The notes beneath the pieces were generated by a model. The model ran no database searches. It was given only the letters and a program-made list of their open reading frames with translations, and was not told the origin of the DNA. The translations under genes and the position numbers were made by a program. From contig JBEGNZ010000010.1 of NCBI GenBank assembly GCA_041182245.1, positions 3,252-67,251 of the forward strand: a DNA stretch of 64,000 nt. The letters run 5' to 3'. The stretch comes from Pseudomonadota bacterium (lineage in GTDB: Bacteria > Pseudomonadota > Alphaproteobacteria > Caulobacterales > Caulobacteraceae). Shown piece by piece: positions 15,642-24,706 of the stretch. How positions within the stretch are numbered: the stretch's first letter is position 1; each line of letters starts with the position of its first letter.

Positions 15642-16805
15642 ATGAGTCGCGCCTCGCTCTTCAGCTTCTATGAGTTCTTTGCCGGGGGCGGGATGGCGCG
15701 TGCGGGGCTCGGTGCGGACTGGACCTGTCGCCTTGCCAATGACCTCGACCCAGCCAAAGCAGCCGCCTATCGCACCAACTGGGGTGAGGGGGACCTGATT
15801 GAGGCCAATGTCTGGGATCTTACCCCCGAGGACTTGCCCGGCACCGCCGATCTGGTCTGGGCCTCCTCTCCCTGTCAGGACCTCAGCCTTGCTGGCCCTC
15901 GCGCGGGCCTTTCGGGGCAAAGGTCTTCAGCCTTTTGGGGTTTTTGGCGGCTCATTGAGGCCCTAGATGAACAGGGCCGAGCGCCCGGCGTCATCGTTAT
16001 CGAAAATGTCGTCGGCCTTTTGACCTCGCGCGGTGGGCATGACTTTACCGCGATCTGTGAGGCCTTGGCGGCGCACAACTATCGGTTCGGGGCGCTCGAG
16101 ATCAATGCCGCCCATTTTGTACCCCAGTCTCGGCCCCGCCTGTTTCTCATCGCGACACGGTCTGAGGCGTTGGCCTGTGCAGAGCCCGGACCTTGGCATG
16201 GGACCAGCGCGCGCTTGGCCGCAGCACGATTGCCAGACGCCCTCAAACCCTTTTGGCGGTGGTGGCGTCTGCCTCAGCCTGACGCCCGAAATGCAGCCTT
16301 GGGCGACCTGCTCGAGCCTGATGATCAGGTGATTTGGCATTTGCCGGAACAGACCCAAGCCATACTCGCCCTCATGGCCCCGCTCCATCGCCACCGTCTG
16401 GAACAGGCTGCGGCGCAGGCGAGGCTTGATGGGCAGCGGCAGGTGGGGGCGCTCTTTCGCCGGACGCGGCAAGAGCAGGGCCGCACGCAGCAACGCGCCG
16501 AGGTGCGGTTTGACGGGCTAGCGGGCTGCCTTCGCACCGCGCGCGGCGGCTCCTCGCGTCAGACCGTGGTCGTGATTGATCCGACCTTCGAAGATGCTGC
16601 CGTGCGCACAAGGCTGATGTCGCCGCGCGAAGGGGCAAGGCTGATGGGACTGGGTGATGACTATATCCTGCCCAAAGGGGCGGCGGCGGCCTTAACCCTT
16701 GTCGGAGACGGGGTGGTGGTTCCGGTCGTGGCCTTTCTCGAACGACACCTGCTGCGTCAGATGGTGAAAGCCTGCCAATCTACAAGACAAGCGGCGCAAG
16801 ACTGA
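15642..16805 (+). CDS. dcm: DNA (cytosine-5) methyltransferase, apparently orphan
   Basis: Motif I FFAGGGM, motif IV SPCQDLS, motif VI ENV, motif VIII QSRPRLF, and C-terminal GDGVVVPV. Confidence 0.85.
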   Translation: MSRASLFSFYEFFAGGGMARAGLGADWTCRLANDLDPAKAAAYRTNWGEGDLIEANVWDLTPEDLPGTADLVWASSPCQDLSLAGPRAGLSGQRSSAFWGFWRLIEALDEQGRAPGVIVIENVVGLLTSRGGHDFTAICEALAAHNYRFGALEINAAHFVPQSRPRLFLIATRSEALACAEPGPWHGTSARLAAARLPDALKPFWRWWRLPQPDARNAALGDLLEPDDQVIWHLPEQTQAILALMAPLHRHRLEQAAAQARLDGQRQVGALFRRTRQEQGRTQQRAEVRFDGLAGCLRTARGGSSRQTVVVIDPTFEDAAVRTRLMSPREGARLMGLGDDYILPKGAAAALTLVGDGVVVPVVAFLERHLLRQMVKACQSTRQAAQD

Positions 16806-16850
16806 TAAAGTAGCGTCATTGGGCCCCGATCCTTTTGCGAGATCACCATC

Positions 16851-17843
16851 ATGTCTTCGTCTGCCAATGACAACGCTTTCGACGCCGCACAGTACCGCCG
16901 AGCCGGTCGCGGGCGCGTCTATGACTCCATCATCGATACCATCGGCGACACCCCCTTGGTGCGCCTGCCGCGCCTGACGGCTGAGCTGAAGCCCAAGGGT
17001 GAGGTGCTGGCCAAGCTGGAATTCTTCAACCCGATCGCCAGCGTCAAGGACCGTCTTGGCGCCTCGATGATCGCGTCGCTGGAACATCAGGGGCTGATCA
17101 AGCCGGGCACGACCATTGTTGAGCCGACGTCGGGCAATACCGGCATTGCGCTGGCCTTTGTCTGCGCCGCCAAGGGATATCCGCTGATCTTGGTCATGCC
17201 CGAAAGCATGTCCATCGAGCGACGCAAGATGCTGGCCCTTTTGGGCGCCAAGCTCGAGCTGACCCCGGCGGAAAAGGGCATGCGCGGCGCGGTCAATCGG
17301 GCGCAAGAGCTGCTCAGCGAAATTCCCGGCTCGGTGATGCCGCAGCAGTTCGAAAATTCCGCTAATCCCTTGATCCACCGGGTCTCGACGGCCGAGGAAA
17401 TCTGGAACGATACGGCAGGGTCCGTCGATGCAGTGGTCTCTGGCGTCGGCACTGGCGGCACCATCAGCGGTATCGGCCAAGTGCTTCGTGCCCGCAAGCC
17501 GGGCCTGAAGATGATCGCCGTTGAGCCCGAAGCCTCTCCGATCCTGTCGGGTGGCCAACCGGGGCCTCACAAGATTCAAGGTATTGGGGCAGGTTTCGTG
17601 CCCGGCATTCTCGATCGCGGCGTCATTGACGAGGTGATCCAGGTCTCGAACGACGACGCCTTTGACATGGCTCGCAAGGTTGCGCGTGTCGAAGGTATTC
17701 CCGTGGGTATTTCGTCAGGGGCGGCTCTGGCAGCCGCCTTCCGCGCCGCAAGCCGCGACGACTATGCCGGTAAGGTGATCGTTGCGATCATCCCAAGCTT
17801 TGCAGAGCGCTATCTGTCGACGGCGCTGTTCGACGGCCTATAG
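16851..17843 (+). CDS. cysK: Cysteine synthase A (O-acetylserine sulfhydrylase)
   Basis: PLP-enzyme motifs ...KLEFFNPIASVKDR... and EPTSGNTGIALA. Confidence 0.9.
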   Translation: MSSSANDNAFDAAQYRRAGRGRVYDSIIDTIGDTPLVRLPRLTAELKPKGEVLAKLEFFNPIASVKDRLGASMIASLEHQGLIKPGTTIVEPTSGNTGIALAFVCAAKGYPLILVMPESMSIERRKMLALLGAKLELTPAEKGMRGAVNRAQELLSEIPGSVMPQQFENSANPLIHRVSTAEEIWNDTAGSVDAVVSGVGTGGTISGIGQVLRARKPGLKMIAVEPEASPILSGGQPGPHKIQGIGAGFVPGILDRGVIDEVIQVSNDDAFDMARKVARVEGIPVGISSGAALAAAFRAASRDDYAGKVIVAIIPSFAERYLSTALFDGL

Positions 17844-17879
17844 GGTTCAAGCGGGCCTGATATCGGCTTCTGGTCGGTA

Positions 17880-19877
17880 TCAGGCTCGGCTATGGCGTCC
17901 GATGGCGGCATAGAGCGCTGAGGGCAAGATGGGTTTGGCGACGTGGTCGTTCATTCCTGCGGCCAAGCAATCATCAATATCTTGCGGCTCTTCTGCGGCG
18001 GACAGGGCAATGATCGGCACGGTCGCATGGGTGCCGCCCATGGCGCGGATGGCGCGGGTCGAGGCGTGGCCATCCATTCCCGGCATGCGAATATCCATTA
18101 GGATCAGGTCAAAATTCTTGCGCTGTGCGGCATAGATCGCGCTCTGGCCATTTTCGACCGCCTCGATCTCACAGTCCAAGGGCTTAAGGATGGTCTTGAT
18201 CAGCTCTTGGCTAAAGGCATTGTCTTCGGCCAACAGGATGCTCATCCGCCGCGTGGGAACCGCTTCTGGTAGGGTGGGGGTGAGCGGCTCGGCGGCATCA
18301 AGCGGAAGGTCCAGTTCGAACCAGAACTGAGCGCCGCCACCCGCGATATTTTCCGCCCCAATGGTACCGCCCATCAGCTCAACCAACTGACGGCTGATCG
18401 ATAGGCCAAGGCCCGCACCGCCGGTCTTGGCCTGGATTGGCGCATCTGCGACCGTGACCCGATCAAACAGGCGCGGCAAGAGGACGGGGTCGAGGCCCGT
18501 GCCCGTATCGGTGACACTGATCCGAATTTTCGCCCGGTACTGCTGGGTTTTCAGCAGCAGCTTCAGGCCGATTTCGCCGCCAGATGAGTGTTTGGTGGCA
18601 TTGCTGACCAGATTGAACAGGATCTGACTGATCCGGCCTGGATCGCCAACGGTCAGGGGGATGGTCTCAGGAAGATCCACCGACAGGGACAGTCCCTTGG
18701 CACGCGCCTCGGGCGTCATCACGTCAATGACATTGGCCAAGGTGTCCGATAGGCGGAAGCTTTCCTCGACCAGACGCACCGTGCCAAATTCGAGGCGGCT
18801 AATGTCCAGCACATTATTGACGATGGCCATCAACTGACGGCTGGCGTCCTGAACCAGGTCTAAATAGTGCCGGTCGCGGTCATTGAGTCCGCCATCGGTG
18901 CCAATCATTTCGCTCAGGCCGATAATGCCGGTTAGCGGCGTGCGCAGTTCGTGGCTCAGGGTCGACAGGAATTCAGACTTTGACCGCGCCGCCGCCTCCG
19001 CAATCGCTTTTGCGGCCTCTGCCTCCTGCTCAGCGATCTTGCGGTCATGAATGTCGCGAACAATGTCGATCCATTCGAGGACCTCGCGATTGGGGCCGAG
19101 TAGAAACCGGATATTGCTCTGCAGCCAGATCCATCCCCGGGTCTTGTGCAGATAGCGATATTCGACGGGGATGCGATTGCTATTTTCACCCTTGGCGATC
19201 ATCGAGCGGACAGCCGCGAGGGCCAGCTTCCAATCTTCTGGATGAACGCGCCGGGTTGGACGGTGGCCGACCATATCCTTGGCGTCATAACCAGTGACCG
19301 TGACCACAGCGGGCGAGATGTAGGTGCAGGTTCCATCGCCGCGAACCCGCATGATCATGTCGCGGCTATAGGTAGTCAGAAACCGTAGGTGCCGCTCGCT
19401 CTCGACCAGATCCTGATCCTTCTGGCGCAGTTCGGTAATATCGATTGTGATACCAAACAGGGCCGGATGGGCGGTTTTCGAGCTGGGCTCACGCTCCACG
19501 CGGGACCAAAGATGACGCACGCCAAGGGTCGGGTGATTGAGCCGGAACTCCGCGAAGGCAGGGCCCGGCTGGTTGAGACCGGCTATCACCATCTGACCCA
19601 TCAGGTGGCGGTCTTCGGGAACGAACCGTTCGAGCATCGACGCGGCCGTCACCGGCTGATCCGATGACAGGCCGTGGATCTCGTACATGGTCTCAGAAAA
19701 GATGATGTTGTTGCTGGGCGTCAGCAGCCGCCAATAGCCCACCCGCGCCACCGTCGTAGCCATGATCGCCGCGGTGAGATCATCAAAGCTGCCCGCCTCA
19801 TCGGCGTCCAAGCTCTGGCCATAGACTATGTCGCCAGTCGCCTTTGGACTTTGGTTCAAGGGCTTGTCATCAGTCAT
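17880..19877 (-). CDS. Hybrid sensor histidine kinase/response regulator with PAS domains
   Basis: HisKA FLSTLSHELRTPL, HATPase GGAGLGLSISRQLVELMGG, and a receiver domain ILLAEDN...LILMDIRMPGMDG. Confidence 0.9.
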   Translation of the reverse strand: MTDDKPLNQSPKATGDIVYGQSLDADEAGSFDDLTAAIMATTVARVGYWRLLTPSNNIIFSETMYEIHGLSSDQPVTAASMLERFVPEDRHLMGQMVIAGLNQPGPAFAEFRLNHPTLGVRHLWSRVEREPSSKTAHPALFGITIDITELRQKDQDLVESERHLRFLTTYSRDMIMRVRGDGTCTYISPAVVTVTGYDAKDMVGHRPTRRVHPEDWKLALAAVRSMIAKGENSNRIPVEYRYLHKTRGWIWLQSNIRFLLGPNREVLEWIDIVRDIHDRKIAEQEAEAAKAIAEAAARSKSEFLSTLSHELRTPLTGIIGLSEMIGTDGGLNDRDRHYLDLVQDASRQLMAIVNNVLDISRLEFGTVRLVEESFRLSDTLANVIDVMTPEARAKGLSLSVDLPETIPLTVGDPGRISQILFNLVSNATKHSSGGEIGLKLLLKTQQYRAKIRISVTDTGTGLDPVLLPRLFDRVTVADAPIQAKTGGAGLGLSISRQLVELMGGTIGAENIAGGGAQFWFELDLPLDAAEPLTPTLPEAVPTRRMSILLAEDNAFSQELIKTILKPLDCEIEAVENGQSAIYAAQRKNFDLILMDIRMPGMDGHASTRAIRAMGGTHATVPIIALSAAEEPQDIDDCLAAGMNDHVAKPILPSALYAAIGRHSRA

Positions 19878-20074
19878 TAGGGCTAAGCTATGCTCGGGGG
19901 ACCTCGAAACTCCCCATCAATCTAGCACTATCAATATATCTTAGTAGATAAAATTATATGCTCTATCGCAGATTATGAATGAGGATTTTCACCTCTACAC
20001 CGCTAAAAAATATCTGAAATTACCGATGTTAGAGCGGAAGTGAGCCAAATAATGCCCAGTTGTACTAAAGCGTA

Positions 20075-20101
20075 CCGGGCGAGGATCTCGTCCTCACCCG
20101 G
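20075..20101 (-). terminator. Possible terminator hairpin after the acyl-CoA dehydrogenase operon
   Basis: CCGGGCGAGGA pairs with TCCTCACCCGG (10 bp with one mismatch, 5-nt loop). Weak U-tract. Confidence 0.35.
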
Positions 20102-20133
20102 GTCGCCATGTCAGTGAATATCGATATTAAGGC

Positions 20134-21297
20134 CTAAAGGGTGCGGGCGATGAGCACCTTCATGATCTCATTGGCCCCGCCATAGATACGCTGGATGCGA
20201 GCATCCTTGTACATTTGGCCGATGGGATATTCGGTCATGTAGCCATAGCCGCCGAACAGTTGCAGGCACTCATCGACGATCTTGCACTGTAGGTCGCTGA
20301 CCCAATATTTGGCCATTGAGGCCGTTGCTGCGTCGAGCTTTCCGGCCATCAAGAGGTCGGTACAGTGGTTGACGAAGACCTTGGCGACCGTGGCTTCGGT
20401 TTTGGCTTCGGCCAGCTTGAACTGGGTATTTTGGAAGTCGATGATGCGTTGACCAAAGGCCTTACGGTCCTTGACATAGTCGATGGTCACCTGCAGCGCC
20501 CGCTCGATCATGGCGAGGCCTTGGATGGCGATGATCAGGCGTTCCTGCGGCAATTGCTGCATCAGTTGGACAAAGCCCTTGCCCTCTTCGGCACCGAGCA
20601 GGTTCGAGGTGGGGACCCGAACATCATTGAAGAACAGTTCCGAGGTGTCTTGGCTCTCCTGACCGACCTTGTGCAGGTTGCGCCCGCGTTCAAAGCCCTC
20701 GACCTCATCGGTCTCGACCATGATCAGCGACGTGCCCTTGGAGCCAAGGGTTGGATCGGTCTTGCAGACGACGCAGATCAGGTTGGCGGTTTGGCCATTG
20801 GTGATGAAGGTCTTTTGACCGCTGATCACATAGTGGTTGCCATCCTTCTTGGCGGTGGTCCTGACCCCTTGCAGGTCGGACCCGGCGCCGGGCTCGGTCA
20901 TGGCGATGGCCGTGACCAGCTCGCCGGAAATGATCCGGGGCAGCCAGCGCTGCTTTTGCTCTTCGGAGCCATAGTGGTTGATATAGGGGGCGACGATGGC
21001 GTTGTGCAGGGTGATGCCGAAGCCCTCGACCCCCTTCAGGCCCATCTGCTCCATGATCACGACCTCATGGCGGAAGTCACCGCCCGCGCCGCCATATTCC
21101 TCGGGCAGGGACACGCCCAGAAGCCCCGCCTCGCCCGCTGTGGTCCACATCTTGCGGTCCACGACGCCATTGTCACGCCAGCGCTGCACCTCGGAAGGCC
21201 CCGCATGATCGTCAAAGAAGCGGCCGACGGCGGCTTCAAAGATGTTGAGCTCTTCAATGTCCATGAAGGCTGGCTTTTCAACGTTCAGAACGCCCAT
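20134..21297 (-). CDS. Acyl-CoA dehydrogenase (~387 aa)
   Basis: Typical ACAD sequence (...AMTEPGAGSD..., ...YGGANEI...). The ATG at 21297 (MGVLNVEKP) avoids overlap with the upstream gene. Confidence 0.9.
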   Translation of the reverse strand: MGVLNVEKPAFMDIEELNIFEAAVGRFFDDHAGPSEVQRWRDNGVVDRKMWTTAGEAGLLGVSLPEEYGGAGGDFRHEVVIMEQMGLKGVEGFGITLHNAIVAPYINHYGSEEQKQRWLPRIISGELVTAIAMTEPGAGSDLQGVRTTAKKDGNHYVISGQKTFITNGQTANLICVVCKTDPTLGSKGTSLIMVETDEVEGFERGRNLHKVGQESQDTSELFFNDVRVPTSNLLGAEEGKGFVQLMQQLPQERLIIAIQGLAMIERALQVTIDYVKDRKAFGQRIIDFQNTQFKLAEAKTEATVAKVFVNHCTDLLMAGKLDAATASMAKYWVSDLQCKIVDECLQLFGGYGYMTEYPIGQMYKDARIQRIYGGANEIMKVLIARTL

Positions 21298-21337
21298 GAT
21301 TTTTCCCTGTCTTTTATATCGTTGATCGTGATGTGGT

Positions 21338-23125
21338 TCAGAAGCGGTCAGCGGCAAGCGCCATCATGGTCGCTGAGCCGGTCTTGAGTTTTACAAGGTG
21401 CGATGCCGCATCGGGCAGGACGCGCTCGACGAAGAACCGGCCTGTGACCAGCTTGTCGGCGTAGAAGGGATCGCTCGATCCCTCCGCGATCTTTGCCGCC
21501 GCCGCCTTCGCGATCAGGGCCCACATATAGGCGGTTCCGGTAAGGCCAAATAGGTGCAGATAATCACTGGACGCGGCCCCAGCATTGTCAGGGTTTTGCA
21601 GACCGTTGGACATGAGCCATAGGGTGGCTTCTTGCAACTGAGCCTTGGCGGTCTGGAGGCCCTCGACAAAGACCTTGAGCGTCTCGTCGTCGTCATGATC
21701 GGCGATAAAGGCGTCAATTTCGGCAAAGAAGCTCATCACCGCCCGGCCACCACTGGCTGCCAGCTTGCGACCGACCAGATCCAGCGCCTGAACGCCGTTG
21801 GTGCCCTCATAGATCAGGGTGATGCGCACATCGCGCATATATTGCGAGGCCGCATAGCTTTCGGTGAAGCCTGATCCGCCATGAACCTGCAGCGCGTCTG
21901 AGGCGATCTTGAAGCCCTTGTCGGTGAAGAAGCCCTTCAGGACCGGGGTCATTAGGCCCATATAGTCATGAGACTTTTGGCGCACATCGGCGTCGGGGCT
22001 CTTGGTGGCCAAGTCACCGTGCATACCAGTCCAGAGCAGGAATGCGCGGCCGCCTTCGAGAATGCACTTGGACTCCATCAACATCCGCCGCACATCAGGG
22101 TGGACAATGATCGGATCGGCCGGGCCCTCAGCATTCTTGGGGCCGGTTAGGCTGCGGCCCTGCAGGCGGTCCTTGGCGAAGGCCACGGCACCCTGATAGG
22201 CGGCTTCGCCTTGGGCTAGGCCTTGCAGGCCGACCCCGAGGCGGGCCTCGTTCATCATCACGAACATGATCTTGAGGCCGTTATTTTCCTCGCCGATCAG
22301 CCAGCCGGTCGCGTCCTCATAGGACATGACGCAGGTGGCGCTGCCGTGGATGCCCATCTTCTCTTCTAGGCCAACACAGTTGGCGCTGTTGCGGGCACCG
22401 GGATTGCCTTGAGCGTCGGGAATATGCTTGGGCACGATGAACAGGGAGATGCCCTTCACGCCCGCCGGAGCCCCTTCGATGCGGGCCAGCACCAGATGGA
22501 CGATATTCTCGGCCATGTCGTGTTCGCCGCCGGAGATCCAGATCTTCTGGCCTGTGATGCGATAGGACCCATCGGCCTGAGGCACGGCCTTGGTGCGCAA
22601 GAGCCCCAGATCGGTGCCGCAGTGCGGCTCGGTCAGGTTCATGGTCCCGCCCCACTGACCGGTGGCCAGTTTGGGAAGGTAGAGCGCCTTTTGCTCGTCC
22701 GATCCTCCGGCAAGGATAGCCGAATAGCAGCCATGGGTCAGGCCCGGATACATGGCAAAGGCCATATTGGCGGCCGATGACATCTCGCTATAGGCAAGGG
22801 TGACCACTGCCGGTAGGCCCTGACCGCCGAACTCGGGTTCCGCGCCGATGGCAGGCCAGCCCCCATCGACCATGGCCCTATAGGCGGCCTTGAACCCGTC
22901 AGGGGTCTTGACCGTGTGATCGGGTGACCAGACGCAGCCCTGCTTGTCGCCTATGCCGTTGAGGGGCGCGAGGACCTCTTCACAGAACTTCGCACCTTCG
23001 GTGAGGACCTGTTCGACCAACTCTACCGAGGCATCAGCAAAGCCGGGCAGGTCGGCATATTGCGCAATGTTCAACACGTCCCGCAGAACGAACATTTGAT
23101 CACGGACAGGAGCACGATAGGTCAT
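21338..23125 (-). CDS. Large acyl-CoA dehydrogenase (595 aa) with extra C-terminal domain
   Basis: ACAD core (...LTEPHCGTDL..., ...IYEGTNGVQ...) plus a ~150-aa C-terminal extension. Confidence 0.85.
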   Translation of the reverse strand: MTYRAPVRDQMFVLRDVLNIAQYADLPGFADASVELVEQVLTEGAKFCEEVLAPLNGIGDKQGCVWSPDHTVKTPDGFKAAYRAMVDGGWPAIGAEPEFGGQGLPAVVTLAYSEMSSAANMAFAMYPGLTHGCYSAILAGGSDEQKALYLPKLATGQWGGTMNLTEPHCGTDLGLLRTKAVPQADGSYRITGQKIWISGGEHDMAENIVHLVLARIEGAPAGVKGISLFIVPKHIPDAQGNPGARNSANCVGLEEKMGIHGSATCVMSYEDATGWLIGEENNGLKIMFVMMNEARLGVGLQGLAQGEAAYQGAVAFAKDRLQGRSLTGPKNAEGPADPIIVHPDVRRMLMESKCILEGGRAFLLWTGMHGDLATKSPDADVRQKSHDYMGLMTPVLKGFFTDKGFKIASDALQVHGGSGFTESYAASQYMRDVRITLIYEGTNGVQALDLVGRKLAASGGRAVMSFFAEIDAFIADHDDDETLKVFVEGLQTAKAQLQEATLWLMSNGLQNPDNAGAASSDYLHLFGLTGTAYMWALIAKAAAAKIAEGSSDPFYADKLVTGRFFVERVLPDAASHLVKLKTGSATMMALAADRF

Positions 23126-23167
23126 GAAGGTTCCGATAATCTGGAGTTAAGCGCTCAGCGAGACAGT

Positions 23168-23650
23168 CTATTCGGCATGGGCATTGTCGGCTACACCATC
23201 TAAACGAGCGCGCAGGACCTGATCATAGTCTGCGGCGCGAGGCAAAAGATCTGGGCGCAATTGGGTCAATTGCCGTTCCATGCGATCGCAACCGCCGCGC
23301 AGTTGCTCAATGGCACCGTCAATATCGTCACGTTGGGCTTCGAGGGCCAAGATCCGCTCGCGAAACTTCTTGAGCGATTTCGCCATCTGGGCGGCCCCGC
23401 CGTCATTTTCATCATAGAGGTCAAGAATTTCGCGGATCTCAGCAAGGCTGAGCCCCACCCTTTTGCCGCGCAAGATCAGCTGAAGGCGGGCCCGGTCGCG
23501 ATGATTATAGACCCGGTTGAGGCCCTCGCGTGCCGGATAGAGCAGGCCCTTATCTTCGTAGAACCGAAGGGCGCGCGGGGTGACGCGAAACTCGACGCAC
23601 AGATTGCGAATGGTGAAGGTGCGCTCTGGACGCCTCAAGTCAGAGGTCAT
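23168..23650 (-). CDS. MerR-family transcriptional regulator (LiuR-like context)
   Basis: N-terminal HTH TIRNLCVEFRVTPRALRFYEDKGLL. First gene of the operon with the two ACAD genes. Confidence 0.8.
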   Translation of the reverse strand: MTSDLRRPERTFTIRNLCVEFRVTPRALRFYEDKGLLYPAREGLNRVYNHRDRARLQLILRGKRVGLSLAEIREILDLYDENDGGAAQMAKSLKKFRERILALEAQRDDIDGAIEQLRGGCDRMERQLTQLRPDLLPRAADYDQVLRARLDGVADNAHAE

Positions 23651-23693
23651 GTCATGTCTCCCATCAGCTTGTTTTTCGAACGCTAGATGCCCC

Positions 23694-23707
23694 TTACGTT
23701 AACGTCA
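23694..23707. promoter_or_regulatory. Dyad TTACGT-TA-ACGTCA, candidate autoregulatory MerR operator
   Basis: Lies 44 to 57 nt upstream of the MerR start codon. Core ACGTTAACGT is a perfect palindrome. Matches the dyad at 14195..14208. Confidence 0.45.
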
Positions 23708-23859
23708 AGTGGTCCGATTTACCCATAGCCAATATTCTCTGATCAGGGGTCTGTTGCTCGCCAATTGCGCGTGCTACGTGTTTTCGGGCACTTTAGCCCG
23801 GTTAAGCTGTTTGGGTCTGAAGTGATCCAAACTTGGCCCCAACTGCGCCGGAGCCGGTC

Positions 23860-24501
23860 ATGAGTGCCCTGTCACATGCCCAGATCTGGGGGGCGATTGA
23901 CGCCTTGGCTGCGCGCCTGTCCCTGTCCCCATCGTCCTTGGCCAAAATGGCAGGTCTTGATGCAACCAGCTTCAATCGGTCCAAGCGCCTGTCTAAAGAG
24001 CGGCCGCCCCGCCCACGCTGGCCTTCAACAGAGAGCTTGGCCAAGGTCATTGCGGCAGCAGGGATCAGTTTTGCCGACTTTGCGGCCTTGGCCGATGATA
24101 CGCCCGGGAGCCCGACCGTCTATGCCCCCTTGATGGGTTTCAATGAGGCCGCGCAAACGGGTCATTTCGATCCCTCTGGATACCCAATCGGTACGGGCTG
24201 GGATGTCGCTTTGGTCCCAGGTGTGTCCGAAGAGGGGGCCTTTGTCTTGGAGATTAACGGCCATCAGTGGGCCCCGATCTATCGCGATGGCGATCGCCTC
24301 GTGGTCAGCCCCGGCCTTGAAGCGCGGAGAGGGGACCGTGTGGTTCTTAAACTCCACTCTGGTCAGATGGTCATAATGCAGTTGGCGCGAAGGTCCGCTC
24401 AAAAGCTTGTCCTTGAGGCTCTCGATCCCGGCCAGCACGGCCTGACGGTTGAGCTGTCCGAAATGGCCTGGATGTCTCGGATTGTCTGGGCCAGCCAGTA
24501 G
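23860..24501 (+). CDS. HTH (Cro/CI-type) protein with a C-terminal LexA/S24-like domain
   Basis: N-terminus SHAQIWGAIDALAARLSLSPSSLAKMAGLDATSFNRSKR. C-terminal beta-rich region with GDRLVVSP and RRGDRVVLKL. ATG at 23860 preferred. Confidence 0.65.
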   Translation: MSALSHAQIWGAIDALAARLSLSPSSLAKMAGLDATSFNRSKRLSKERPPRPRWPSTESLAKVIAAAGISFADFAALADDTPGSPTVYAPLMGFNEAAQTGHFDPSGYPIGTGWDVALVPGVSEEGAFVLEINGHQWAPIYRDGDRLVVSPGLEARRGDRVVLKLHSGQMVIMQLARRSAQKLVLEALDPGQHGLTVELSEMAWMSRIVWASQ

Positions 24502-24706
24502 CTTTTGAGACGAAAACTCTGTCAGCCTGTGGCCCATAGGGCGCTATGGCCTGCAAGAATTGCGGTTTGACGCCCTATCTCCAAGGAGAATCAATGCTTT
24601 GGTTGAGAAAATAGCCCTATTGCCCTAAAGGAGCGCCAGCGCGCCTCCCCGCGCGCTGTTCCCGGGCGATCATTTGTGTGCGCCCGGCACATCAGTCAGG
24701 ACCTTT

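Noticed and set aside
15489-16850. Restriction-modification system around the C5 methyltransferase
   Set aside because: No ORF for an endonuclease, Vsr or specificity subunit is present on either side. The only long overlapping ORFs are antisense shadows of the dcm and cysK genes.
19879-19892. 14-nt identity (AGGGCTAAGCTATG) between the histidine-kinase upstream region and the core of REP copy A (34326..34339)
   Set aside because: A single 14-mer match in a 64-kb window on two strands is within chance expectation. The flanking palindromic arms of the element are absent here.
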